64,000 nt of DNA from Alphaproteobacteria bacterium. Its GTDB lineage: Bacteria > Pseudomonadota > Alphaproteobacteria > SP197. The notes under the pieces were generated by a model that searched no databases, was not told the DNA's origin, and saw only the letters and a list, made by a program, of their open reading frames with translations. The stretch spans positions 2,464,001 to 2,528,000 of the forward strand of contig OZ219747.1 of NCBI GenBank assembly GCA_964291265.2, written 5' to 3'. The translations under genes were made by a program, and so were the position numbers. This document shows, piece by piece, positions 54,901 to 64,000 of this stretch; the first letter of the stretch is position 1; each line of letters begins with the position of its first letter.

Positions 54901-56034
54901 CTACGTGCCTGACCTGAGGCCGCCGGACGCCGGGAACGGCAGAACGAAACGATGCTGCGTCATCGCCCAGACGGCGAGCCAGAACACGATGACAGGCAGT
55001 GCGTAGAGAGGAACGATGAGGAGCGTGTTCCTGACCATCAGGCTGACGAGAGAAAACGAGATCCCGAGATAGAGCAGGCCGAGGAACAGTCCGCTGGCAA
55101 TCCTCGGCCACTGGTGGCGGCGGTCGAATTCTCCGGCAGTCATCGCGGCAAAGCTGATGAGCGCCATGACGAGAGATGCCAGCGGCAGCACCAGACGTCT
55201 GTGGGCCTCCGCCAGGAACTCGCCCCGGTGGATGTCGTCGATGGCGGTGAACGGTCCGCTGACCAGTTCATGGAGATATCGCTCCTTGGGTTCCCTGTTG
55301 CGTGACGGAGGGGCACCCGAAAGCTGAGCGAGATCAAGGGCGTAGCTGTCGAAATAGAGCATGCGCAAGGAGCGCTCGTTGCCGGCGATCTCCTGGCGCG
55401 TACCGTTTGCGAGCACCAGCTGCAGGCCGCCGTCCTCCGCGACCAGCGATCCCCACTGCGCCAACATGGTGACCTTGCGGTCCGGATCGCGGGTATCGTG
55501 GATGAGAATTCCGCGGAAACGGCCTTCCCTGTCCTCATCCCGGTAATAGATCATGAACCCCGGAATGAGCTGGCTGAACGTTCCCTTGCGCAAGAGCAGG
55601 TGATGGAAGTCGCTTCTCAGGTGCGCCTGTTCATCCTTGAACTCCCTGAATCCCGCAGGTGACAGCCACAGGGTCAACACCCAGCCCAGAACGGCGACGA
55701 GAACGCCGAGGATGATCACGGACCGGGCCATCTCCCAGGGACTGAGTCCGGCGGACCGCATGACCACCAGTTCACGGTCGACCGTGAGCCGGTTGAAGGT
55801 GTAGATCACGGCACACAGCACGGCGACCGGCAGCGTCACCGGAAGGATCGACGGCATCAGGAGCAGCGTGATTTCAAGGAAAGCGAGGATCGAAAGGCCG
55901 CGGTTGATGATGAAGTCGAGGAACCTCAGGGACTGGGTGAGCCAGATCACGCTCACCAGCACCGCAGCGATGGTGAGAGTCGTCAACAGCAGTTGCAGGA
56001 GAATGTAGGACGTGTGCCTGCGGAACATCGGCAT
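54901..56034 (-). CDS. lptF: LPS export permease LptF
   Basis: IWLTQSLRFLDFIINRG, DRELVVMRSAGLS, EAHRRL. Confidence 0.93.
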   Translation of the reverse strand: MPMFRRHTSYILLQLLLTTLTIAAVLVSVIWLTQSLRFLDFIINRGLSILAFLEITLLLMPSILPVTLPVAVLCAVIYTFNRLTVDRELVVMRSAGLSPWEMARSVIILGVLVAVLGWVLTLWLSPAGFREFKDEQAHLRSDFHHLLLRKGTFSQLIPGFMIYYRDEDREGRFRGILIHDTRDPDRKVTMLAQWGSLVAEDGGLQLVLANGTRQEIAGNERSLRMLYFDSYALDLAQLSGAPPSRNREPKERYLHELVSGPFTAIDDIHRGEFLAEAHRRLVLPLASLVMALISFAAMTAGEFDRRHQWPRIASGLFLGLLYLGISFSLVSLMVRNTLLIVPLYALPVIVFWLAVWAMTQHRFVLPFPASGGLRSGT

Positions 56035-56389
56035 CGATCGTGCGTTGCTTACCCTCTCCCTGCGATATACAGCGGAAACGATGCCGAGTCACTCGCCCCA
56101 CCGGACACCGGCGAGACCTTCGATTGCGAGGCCGGCGACACGGTTGCTCATCGATCTTCAGCCGCCGGGGCGCCAGTATCGTCGGGCCCGGTTTCGCAAG
56201 GGCGCAGGCGCCGTGTCCTCCTGGCCCACGATCTCCACCGGAGTGACTTGCCGGAACCCGAGGCTCTGGTCCTTTCAATGACACGCTGCCGTCTCGATCC
56301 TGGCGTGCCCGCGCGCGGCGCGGTAGCGGGAACGGCCGGCACGACAATGCCTCCGACCCGCTGGCGTGCCCGCGCGCGGCGCGGTAGCT

Positions 56390-58111
56390 CTCGGTGAAGA
56401 GCGACAGGATCAGGTGTCCTTCGCAGGTCTTGTGAGCGCCCGGCATTGACCTGGCGCCTCGACGGGATGAATCCGGCGAGACGCCCGGTGTTGACGGCGA
56501 ACTCCGCGATCGCCTGATCCGGGTCGGGCGGGTCGCGCTGCTGGCGGTGATTCGGCTTCGACATGCAGGCGGCGAGCACGCGGATCTCGTCCTCGTGGAC
56601 GACCTCCGCGCGAGGCGCTCGACGGACATGACGGTGCATGCGGTCATGGCGTCGAAGGCGAGACGACTGCGCAGGTCGGTGATGGCCATGGGGCTGCGGT
56701 CCCTGATTCGCGTCCCGGTCCTGACGGTGAGCGAACCACTCTTCGTTCATCCGGCGTTTCTCGACGATGCGGAGTACGTTATCCTGCTTAGGGCTCAGCC
56801 TTCGGTGGTCAGGAGCAGCCAGTCGAGCCGGTCCCTGCCCGCCGGCGGCGTCTTCTCCAGGACGCGCACCGCGAGCATGCCGAGCGGGGCCGCGTCCTTC
56901 GACAGGTCGGCCGGCGGGGCGAGGTCGACGAGACCGGCCCGCCGCTCCAGCTTGACGTCCTTGCGCATCCGGGAGCCGCCACAAGGCCGCGATGTCGATC
57001 GTCTTCCCGCGACGACGTCCAGTTCGGCCGCGTGCGCGAACAGCTCCTTGACCCTGCCGTGACGGCCCGCCGCCGTCCGACAGGAGAGACCACATGTCGC
57101 CTTCACGGTCGCAGATGGCCACCACGCGGACTCGCGGCAGGCAGGCCGCCGCCAGCTCGGCGGACTTGGCGAAGGCCTCCGTCCAGCGTCCGCTTTCCTC
57201 GCCCTCCAGCGCCGTCGCCTTGTCCTCCGCGCGGAAGCCTCCATCAAGGCTGAATACCCCCAGTGCGCAACCGCCCTCGCTGAACGCAACGCCGGCATGA
57301 GCCGCGATCCCCTTGCTTCCAGAGCTGCTGCCGCCGATGTCGACAAGGCCCTGCGTCGCCTCCAGGCCGCTGTCGTTCAGCATCGTCGTGTCCTGAACCG
57401 CAAGCACGACAGACTGCCTGCGGCAACGCTCGACCATCGCCCCCTGATGCGGTTCAGGGATGTCTTGCATGTCGATCCTCAGGGTTCGACAGGAACCTGA
57501 CTCCGTCTCGGCGCACATCCCCTTCCGCCACGAGAGACGGGCCGCCGCCGATCAGCGGGTCCGGCGCGTTCCCGAGAGCCTCCGCAACCGTACGCCAGAT
57601 CCAGATCGACACCGTAGTGTTCCTTCCAGTCGTCCGCAACGCGACCGTGGAACAGCGACAGCGCCACGGACGCAAGCCCGCGGACGCCGGGAACGAGGTG
57701 AACGTCACGGGCTCCCCGGGACCAGCGGATGAAATCGCGCGCCTTCTGGTGCCAACTCGCCGCACCGAACACCAGGCCGCCGAGGCGACCGTGGCGCGAC
57801 GAGGTGATCCAGGTGCTCACCCGGGTGCGCCGGCCTCGCTCGCGGGATACCAGGTCGCCATCATCGACCGGGCCAGACGCTTGTCCTTGCCGTCGCCGAC
57901 CGCCTCCAAGGGTGACCTCGTCAAGGCCCTCGAGGGCGCAGGCCAGTGGCGTGTCGGGACAGTCCCGCTCAAGGATGCCGGTGTCGAGGGCGCGAGGCCC
58001 TGGTGCTGGAAGGACGATGTCGAGCGACGAGGCAAGACCAGGCAGGGCGGCACGCGCCGAGGTCAGGTACAGGGCGCCCTTCGCCTTGCGCCAGTGTCCT
58101 CGCGCTCGCAT
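56390..58111 (-). pseudogene. Degraded IS4 (IS50/Tn5-like) transposase with an N-terminal DUF4338 (DruA-like) region
   Basis: Fragments GGLVFGAASWHQKARDFIRWS and LAS.ALS....VADDWKEHYG (DUF4338-like); VLAVQDTT, DREGD, WLLLTT, EEWF, GRLAGF (IS50-like DDE); many frameshifts. Confidence 0.75.
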
Positions 58112-58354
58112 AATCCCCGCGCCAGGGACGAGCGCATGCTGCCCTCGCCAACCGACGCTTTCAGCCAGTCAACCGCCTCGCAGGCATGATGTCGCGAGCC
58201 TATCCTCATGCAACCGAGCCTGCGGCTTCAGCTGATTCGGGTTGACAGTGTCCGGTTGAGAGGCCCGGGGAGTCGCATGACGGGCGCCGGTGACGATCTC
58301 GCTTGGCCCGGTTTCGCCGTGTAGGCTGCCGCCGACAGGAAAGGGCACCGCACC

Positions 58355-59194
58355 ATGCCGCAATTCGACCGCGCCGGCGAGGATGTCGGCAACATCGTCG
58401 CGCTGGAACACGTCAATGTCCGTGTGCCGGACCAGGCGCGCGCGACGGACTTCTACATCACCGCGCTTGGTCTCACCCGCGACCCCTATCAGATGACGGG
58501 AACGGACAACATGTGGGTCAACGTCGGGCAGAACCAGTTTCACCTTCCGACAGGAGAGCCGCAGCGCCTCCGTGGCCGCACGGGCCTTGTCATGCCCGAC
58601 CTGGATGCACTCGAAATCCGGCTCACAGCTGTCGGCGTCCCCTGCGAGCGGCAGAGTGGCCATGTCGACACGGCCTGTCCCTGGGGCAACCGCATTCGCA
58701 TACACGGGCCCGGAGACGGACGAGCGCTCGCCATGGCCTACGTGTCCTTCGATGTGCCCGAGGGAACGGCCCGGGCGATCGCAGCCTTCTACCGCGAGGT
58801 GTGGAAGACAGGCGCATGGGTCGACCGGGAGGGCGTGGCCCATGTCCGGGTCGGGCACGGACAGGAGCTGCTCTTTGTCGAGTCCGCCGGGCCTCTGCCC
58901 GGCTATGATGGCCACCATGTCGCGGTCTACGTGGCCGATTTTTCCGGGCCTCACCGCTGGCTGGACGAGAGGGGTCTCGTCTCCGAGGAAAGCAACCAGT
59001 GGCAGTACCGCTTTCTCGATATCGTCGATCCCGGCACCAGCGAGCCCGTGTTCCGCATCGAGCATGAGGTTCGATCGATGACCCACCCCTTCTACGGGCG
59101 CTCCCTGGTCAACCGCAGTCCGGACGCGACCAGCAGTTCCTTCGCCACGGGCCACGAATCCCTCGCCTCAAGGGTTCCTCCCGGCCCATGCTGA
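58355..59194 (+). CDS. VOC/glyoxalase superfamily protein
   Basis: LEHVNVRVPDQ..ATDFY..LGL, QFHLP, CPWGNRIRI, GHHVAVYV. Confidence 0.8.
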   Translation: MPQFDRAGEDVGNIVALEHVNVRVPDQARATDFYITALGLTRDPYQMTGTDNMWVNVGQNQFHLPTGEPQRLRGRTGLVMPDLDALEIRLTAVGVPCERQSGHVDTACPWGNRIRIHGPGDGRALAMAYVSFDVPEGTARAIAAFYREVWKTGAWVDREGVAHVRVGHGQELLFVESAGPLPGYDGHHVAVYVADFSGPHRWLDERGLVSEESNQWQYRFLDIVDPGTSEPVFRIEHEVRSMTHPFYGRSLVNRSPDATSSSFATGHESLASRVPPGPC

Positions 59195-59297
59195 CCCTTT
59201 TACGCTCCCTGCTGTCGTGGAAATGTCGGGTTCCTGTCGTGGTCTCCAGTGGCAATGGGAGTCATGTTGGCTTGCCTGAACGGCGGGAGCGACACTG

Positions 59298-59795
59298 ATG
59301 ATCGTCCGCAAGCTGCGCCTCGAGCGGGGACTCTCCCAGGAGCAACTCGCATCGATGGCGGGTGTCAGCGTACGCACCCTGCAACGCATAGAGCGTGGCG
59401 CGACTCCGAGTGCCGAGACCCTCAAGTGCCTTGCCGCTGTTCTGGACACCGACTTTTCCACTCTGCGCAAGGAGCATGACATGACCGCCGCATCAGACAC
59501 GCCGAACCTCTCCGAAGAGGAACAGAATGCTATGGAGTACATCCGGGACATTCGGGGCTTCTACATCCACGCCGTCCAGTATGTCGTCATCATCGCCGTT
59601 CTTGCGGTGATCAACCTTGTTACCTACCCGGACTATCTCTGGTTTCTCTGGGCTGCGCTCGGCTGGGGAATCGGCGTCGCCGTCCACGGCCTCAGCGTGT
59701 TCGAGATCGTCAACCTGTTCGGCGACGAGTGGGAAAGGCGGCAGGTCGCAAAGCGGCTCGCCAGGGCCCGCCCGGACCGCAACAGGGGCTTCTGA
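59298..59795 (+). CDS. XRE HTH regulator with a C-terminal 2TM domain
   Basis: LRLERGLSQEQLA...VRTLQRIERG; GFYIHAVQY...INL...WFLWAALGWGIGVAVHGL...WERRQV. Confidence 0.88.
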   Translation: MIVRKLRLERGLSQEQLASMAGVSVRTLQRIERGATPSAETLKCLAAVLDTDFSTLRKEHDMTAASDTPNLSEEEQNAMEYIRDIRGFYIHAVQYVVIIAVLAVINLVTYPDYLWFLWAALGWGIGVAVHGLSVFEIVNLFGDEWERRQVAKRLARARPDRNRGF

Positions 59796-60076
59796 CCCGC
59801 AGGTTCCGGACGACAGCAACGCGCCACCGACTCCGGTCCGATGGGCACCGATGGCCGTCTTCAGCCAGATGTCGCCAGCGTCCGTTGCAGACAGCGGGGC
59901 CCGGGCTCCGCCTGCGGCGGTGACGACAGCGAAGCGGGCGTGGAAGGCCCGGTCGACGCAGTCGGCGGATTCGGGACCCTCAACTTCGCCGGGTCGGACA
60001 CGAAGACCCGAACGATGGAACCCGGATCCGTCATCTGCCTTGCTGCCGCGCCGGCGTGATTCCGCTGGAACGCTTA

Positions 60077-60461
60077 CTAGTCCGAAGTTCCGGACGATTT
60101 CAGCGCTATAACCACACCAACTAGTTGATCTTACTGATAAAAGTGTACAGAGACAACATGCAGAAGTTCCCATGTAACGGTGAAACACCCTGTTGACACA
60201 GGCGGCCTTTGCCCCCATGTACTTGGACATCGTCCCCAACCGCATGAGCCCCCCGCCACCAGTCTCTCCTCCTGGCCCATGGAGAACGTCGAAACCCTGC
60301 GGCCCTTCCAGGTCACCACGCGGCCCACGCCGCTCCATAAAAAGGGCCCTGAACCACCTCGGCGTGCGCCTCTAGCGTTCCCAGTAGCGCCACACTCGAT
60401 TCCATCAAACGTCAATACATTCATAACGATACGTCTGAACGGTGCTGGAACTTCGGGCTAG
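60077..60461 (+). mobile_element. Internally deleted IS1634-family element (MITE-like, 385 bp)
   Basis: Inverted ends CTAGTCCGAAGTTCCGG / CTAGCCCGAAGTTCCAG; interior keeps only transposase termini MYLDIVPNRMSPP, SSWPMENVETLR and TTRPTPLHKRALNHLGVRL*. Confidence 0.75.
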
Positions 60462-60960
60462 TCGATTCCGAAAGCCTCGAGGATCGCGGCCGCATCCGGT
60501 CCGGCGAGGGCCGACCACTCGGCGGACATGGTGGCGCCGATGGCGGCGAGATCGGCAGCGAGTTGCTGGCCGGGGGCACGAACGACCATGCCGTTGGCCG
60601 CGAGTTGCGCCCGGTACCAGTCGGTCAGCGCCCGCGCTCTTGCGGTGCCAGCCACTTCCGCCAGCAGCGCGGCGGCACGCAGGCAGTTTCGGGCATGGTC
60701 ACCCAGGGCATCGAACCCGTCCTGGTTCACGAGCATGTAGTTGCGCGGCAACCAGCCCTGGACATCGTAGAAATAACTCAGGTGTTCCCAGACCTTCCGG
60801 TCGAAACCGGTTGCGGCGGACGAGACGAAGGCTTCCGCCCTTCCGGTCGTCAGCGCCTGGATGAGTTCGGTTGCTTCGATCCGCACCGGCACCATGCCTG
60901 CCAGTTCGGCCAGTTGCGAGGTGGCGGCGTTGTACGTGCGGAACCTGATCCCTGCCATCA
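60458..60960 (-). pseudogene. C-terminal half of a TRAP transporter substrate-binding protein (DctP family)
   Basis: MAGIRFRTYNAATSQLAELAG..PVRIE..EL.QAL.TG; no N-terminus or signal peptide, no dctQM nearby. Confidence 0.8.
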
Positions 60961-61506
60961 ACACCCTGCACTCATCGGAGCAATACACATGCCCCCGGTC
61001 ACACGACCGGCAGAGAACAACCTGCTGTTGGCAACGCCTGCAGTTGAACAGTCGTCCTGTCGTGCACACCGTCCGTCTCGAGAGCGGGGGTGGACCCGGA
61101 CGCAAAATGGCTCGACAATACACGGGAGTTCGGTCCCCCGTGACCGACTCGTCCGGGTGCTGCGCCGGGGGTCGTCGGTAAAACTCTGCCCGGCGCCGCA
61201 TCGCTCTTTCTTTCGATGCCGATCTAGCATCCACCCGGGGCGGCGGCAAAGACGCCGCCCCGGGACCGGACAACGCGACCCAGACCACAGGGAAAACAGA
61301 CGATCCCGCGAGTGCCTCGGAACCGAAACCCTCCCGGCAACCGTCACCAAGACCGAAGCAGAGGCCGACGGAACAATCCGAACCGGACCAAAACGACAAT
61401 AGGAAAAGACGGCGACGCTCGGGGAGACAATCAACCGAACACTCAAACCACGACAACAGGACGTGACAATAGGACCTGACAACAGGGAAGAAACACGACC
61501 CTGACA
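60961..61506 (-). mobile_element. Truncated IS21-like element end with a Cys-rich accessory ORF fragment
   Basis: Minus-strand TGTCAG terminus at 61506; 13-bp-period repeats (GACAAYAGG core) at 61449-61486 and 61393-61403; ORF fragment GRLFNCRRCQQQVVLCRSCDRGHVYCSDEC from GTG 61069. Confidence 0.55.
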
Positions 61507-61892
61507 AAGCGCGGCAAATCGCCGAAATCCCGCCGTTCTATGCAGCCATCAACAACTGCGTCGCCGCCTACAGGCGCCGCGCACGTGCGTTCAGAACCGG
61601 CCGCAACATCACAAACTTGGCTCGCAGCGTATCGACCATCGCTTCCATGACATCATCGATAGCAAATCCACCGAAAAACAGTCTGTTTTGGCGAGAATCC
61701 TTGCGAGAAACTGCCCTCATGCGCGCGCGCAACGTTACAAACGCCTGACGTCAATGAGGAACCAAGCGGAATCCAGCGTGGGATCGTCTTGGTTCTGGGT
61801 CGTTTGCAGTGGCTGCCGGTACGGAATAAACTCTCGGCTCGGTATGCCTTCAGGCCCTGCCATGGAGACCCATCCATCGAGGAGTGAGCGCG

Positions 61893-64000
61893 ATGACACA
61901 GCATGTTTCCCGGACCGGCGGTGCGGACAACGACACCCTGACGGGCGGCCTCGGCGACGATACGCTGACCGGCGGCCTCGGCGACGACATCCTGACCGGC
62001 GGCGCCGGGGACGACACGCTGACGGGCGGAACCGCAAGCCCGGGTACCGACGCGAGCTTTCTTGCCATGAACCCCGGCAGTTCGGACGATGACACACTGG
62101 ACGGCGGTGCGGGCGACGACACGCTGGACGGCGGCGAGGGCGCCGACACGCTCACCGGCGGCGCCGGGGCGGACACACTCTATGGCGGCAACGGTGACGA
62201 CACGCTCGACGGGGGTGACGGCATCGACAGCCTGTTCGGCGGTCAGGGCGGCGACCGGCTGACGGGCGGCCGAGGCAACGACTACCTCTATGGTGGCCTG
62301 GGGGCCGATGTCTTCGTCTTCGCGGTGGGGGACGGGGCCGACACCATGACCGGTTTCGAGGCGGGCGAGATCATCGAGATTGCCGGCGTGTCCGGCGGCT
62401 TCGGGGACCTGGTGATCGAGCAGCAAGGCTCCAATACCGTCATCCGCTACGGTGACGGCGACACGATCACGCTGGAGAACGTGACGGCGTCCACCTTGGG
62501 CGCAGACAACTTCCGGTTCCTTCCCGTCGAGGCGTCCTCGCCGGAGGGCGGCGGCGAGGACGCTCTTGCACAGGGTGCACCGCCGGACGGCAATGATGAC
62601 GGCGACGATGATGACTTGAGCGGCGGGTCTGCCGGCGGGAAGGTGCTGAAGGGTGGCAAGGGCGCCGACACGCTGACCGGCGGGGCTGACGACGACACCC
62701 TGCGTGGCAACGGAGGCGCCGACACGCTGACCGGCGGGGCTGGCGACGACACCCTGCGTGGCAACGGAGGCGCCGACACGCTGACCGGCGGGGCTGGCGA
62801 CGACACCCTGAAGGGTGGCAAGGGCGCCGACACGCTGGCCGGCGGTGCTGGCGACGACACCCTGAAGGGCGGCAAGGGCGACGACACGCTGGCCGGCGGT
62901 GCTGGCGACGACACCCTGAAGGGCGGCAAGGGCGACGACACGCTGGCCGGCGGTGCTGGCGACGACACCCTGCGTGGCGACAGGGGCGCTGACACGCTCA
63001 ATGGCGGAGCGGGCTCCGACACGCTCACCGGCGGCAAGGGCGCCGACACCTTCGTGTTCGCGGCGGGAGACGGCAACGACACCATTGCCGACTTCGGGGG
63101 TGGCGACAGGATTCGCCTGGATGGCGTATCCGGCGGGTTTGAGGCACTGGTCATCGAGCAGGACGGCGCCGATGCCGTCATCCGCTACGGCGACGGCGAC
63201 ACGATCAGGCTGTCGGGCGTCTCGGCTGACAGCCTGGACGCGGACGACTTCATCCGGCCGGCCGGCGCAGGCGGCGGTGAAACGGTCGTGTACGGCGCCA
63301 GTACGAGAGACGATGACAACGACAACGACGGCGGCGACCCGAATGCCAACAACGACGGTGGCGCTCCGAATGCCAAGGACGACGGCGGCAAGGACACGAT
63401 CCCGGGCACTTCGGGCGATGAGTCGCTCGACATGGGCAAGCCTGCGGATCCGTCGGCCCGCAACGGCGTCACCTTCAACGGTGGGTCCGGCGTCGACTGC
63501 TACATCAGCGGCGAGGGCAACGACACCCTGAACGGCGGCGGAGGCGACGATGTGCTCTTCGGTCGCGGAGGCGACGACACCCTCAACGGCGATGCAGGCA
63601 ACGACGACCTCGCTGGTGGGGACGGCGACGACATCCTGAACGGCGGGGACGGCGATGATGACCTCTTTGGCTGGAGTGGCAACGACACCCTCAACGGCGG
63701 CGCGGGCGACGATGATCTCCACGGCGCGGGCGGCGACGATATCCTCAACGGCGGCGACGGCCGCGATCTCTTCGACGGTAGCACCGGAAACGACACGCTG
63801 ACGGGCGGCGGGGGTGCTGACACCTTCCGGTTCGAAGCGGGAGACGGGCATGACACGATTACCGACTTCGGGGGAGGCGACAGGATCGAAATCATGGGTG
63901 TGTCCCCCCGCAGGTTTGCGGCGCTGGTAATTGAGCAGGACGGCACCGATGCCGTCATCCACCACGGCGATGGCGACACGATCACCCTGTTGGACGTTGC
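61893..64000 (+). CDS. RTX/hemolysin-type Ca-binding repeat protein (partial, runs off the window)
   Basis: SD GAGGAG then ATG 61893; dozens of GGxGxDxL nonapeptides; three copies of the module 'ADxFxFxxGDGxDTITDF...LVIEQ.G..VI..GDGDTI.L'; frame open to the window end. Confidence 0.93.
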   Translation, partial: MTQHVSRTGGADNDTLTGGLGDDTLTGGLGDDILTGGAGDDTLTGGTASPGTDASFLAMNPGSSDDDTLDGGAGDDTLDGGEGADTLTGGAGADTLYGGNGDDTLDGGDGIDSLFGGQGGDRLTGGRGNDYLYGGLGADVFVFAVGDGADTMTGFEAGEIIEIAGVSGGFGDLVIEQQGSNTVIRYGDGDTITLENVTASTLGADNFRFLPVEASSPEGGGEDALAQGAPPDGNDDGDDDDLSGGSAGGKVLKGGKGADTLTGGADDDTLRGNGGADTLTGGAGDDTLRGNGGADTLTGGAGDDTLKGGKGADTLAGGAGDDTLKGGKGDDTLAGGAGDDTLKGGKGDDTLAGGAGDDTLRGDRGADTLNGGAGSDTLTGGKGADTFVFAAGDGNDTIADFGGGDRIRLDGVSGGFEALVIEQDGADAVIRYGDGDTIRLSGVSADSLDADDFIRPAGAGGGETVVYGASTRDDDNDNDGGDPNANNDGGAPNAKDDGGKDTIPGTSGDESLDMGKPADPSARNGVTFNGGSGVDCYISGEGNDTLNGGGGDDVLFGRGGDDTLNGDAGNDDLAGGDGDDILNGGDGDDDLFGWSGNDTLNGGAGDDDLHGAGGDDILNGGDGRDLFDGSTGNDTLTGGGGADTFRFEAGDGHDTITDFGGGDRIEIMGVSPRRFAALVIEQDGTDAVIHHGDGDTITLLDV
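62646..63050 (+). repeat. About 7 tandem copies of a 54-bp unit (two RTX nonapeptides)
   Basis: GGCG(C/A)CGACACGCT-like motif recurs at 62661, 62715, 62769, 62823, 62877, 62931 and 62985. Confidence 0.85.

Noticed and set aside
42674-54917. Long plus-strand ORFs (484-719 aa) opposite MATE, glnD, mutS and lptD/G
   Set aside because: They are high-GC antisense shadow frames of well-recognised minus-strand genes.
61689-61704. Sigma54 promoter (TGGCGAGAATCCTTGC) upstream of the RTX gene
   Set aside because: The GG-to-GC spacing is 11 nt rather than the required 10.
62646-63050. Possible CRISPR array
   Set aside because: The units are in-frame coding repeats without unique spacers, and there are no cas genes in the window.
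61653-63965. 770-aa minus-strand ORF
   Set aside because: It is the antisense shadow of the RTX gene (Val/Ala/Arg-rich mirror of Asp/Gly codons).

Overview
High-GC (~66% by eye) alphaproteobacterial chromosome segment, judged from the 16S sequence and gene order. It opens with a large M23 peptidase gene divergent from a complete rRNA operon (16S-tRNA-Ile-tRNA-Ala-23S-5S-tRNA-fMet). A decaying ~9 kb accessory island follows tRNA-fMet. It holds two toxin-antitoxin pairs, an integrase relic, a Cys-repeat protein, a large 2OG-Fe(II) oxygenase, and a complete IS66-family element (terminal inverted repeats plus an 8-bp target duplication) that carries a DNA adenine methyltransferase gene. Next come a cysG/cysI sulfite-reduction cluster without cysH, an amine/amino-acid catabolic region (flavin oxidoreductase, two Rieske oxygenases, oppABCDF, M24 hydrolase, class III aminotransferase, dpaL, puuD-like), bfr/bfd, and the core run lptF-lptG-lptD-surA-rsmA-mutS-glnD, in which pdxA is missing. 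The right end holds several mobile-element relics (DUF4338-IS4, an IS1634-derived miniature element, an IS21-like end with a highly structured leader) and an RTX repeat protein running off the window. The most interesting candidates are the methyltransferase-carrying IS66 element, the structured leader in the IS21-like end, and a Rieske oxygenase that has lost two [2Fe-2S] ligands. Single-base indels, including one in a conserved 16S motif, suggest that some frameshifts could be sequencing errors. All family assignments come from motif recognition, not database searches.
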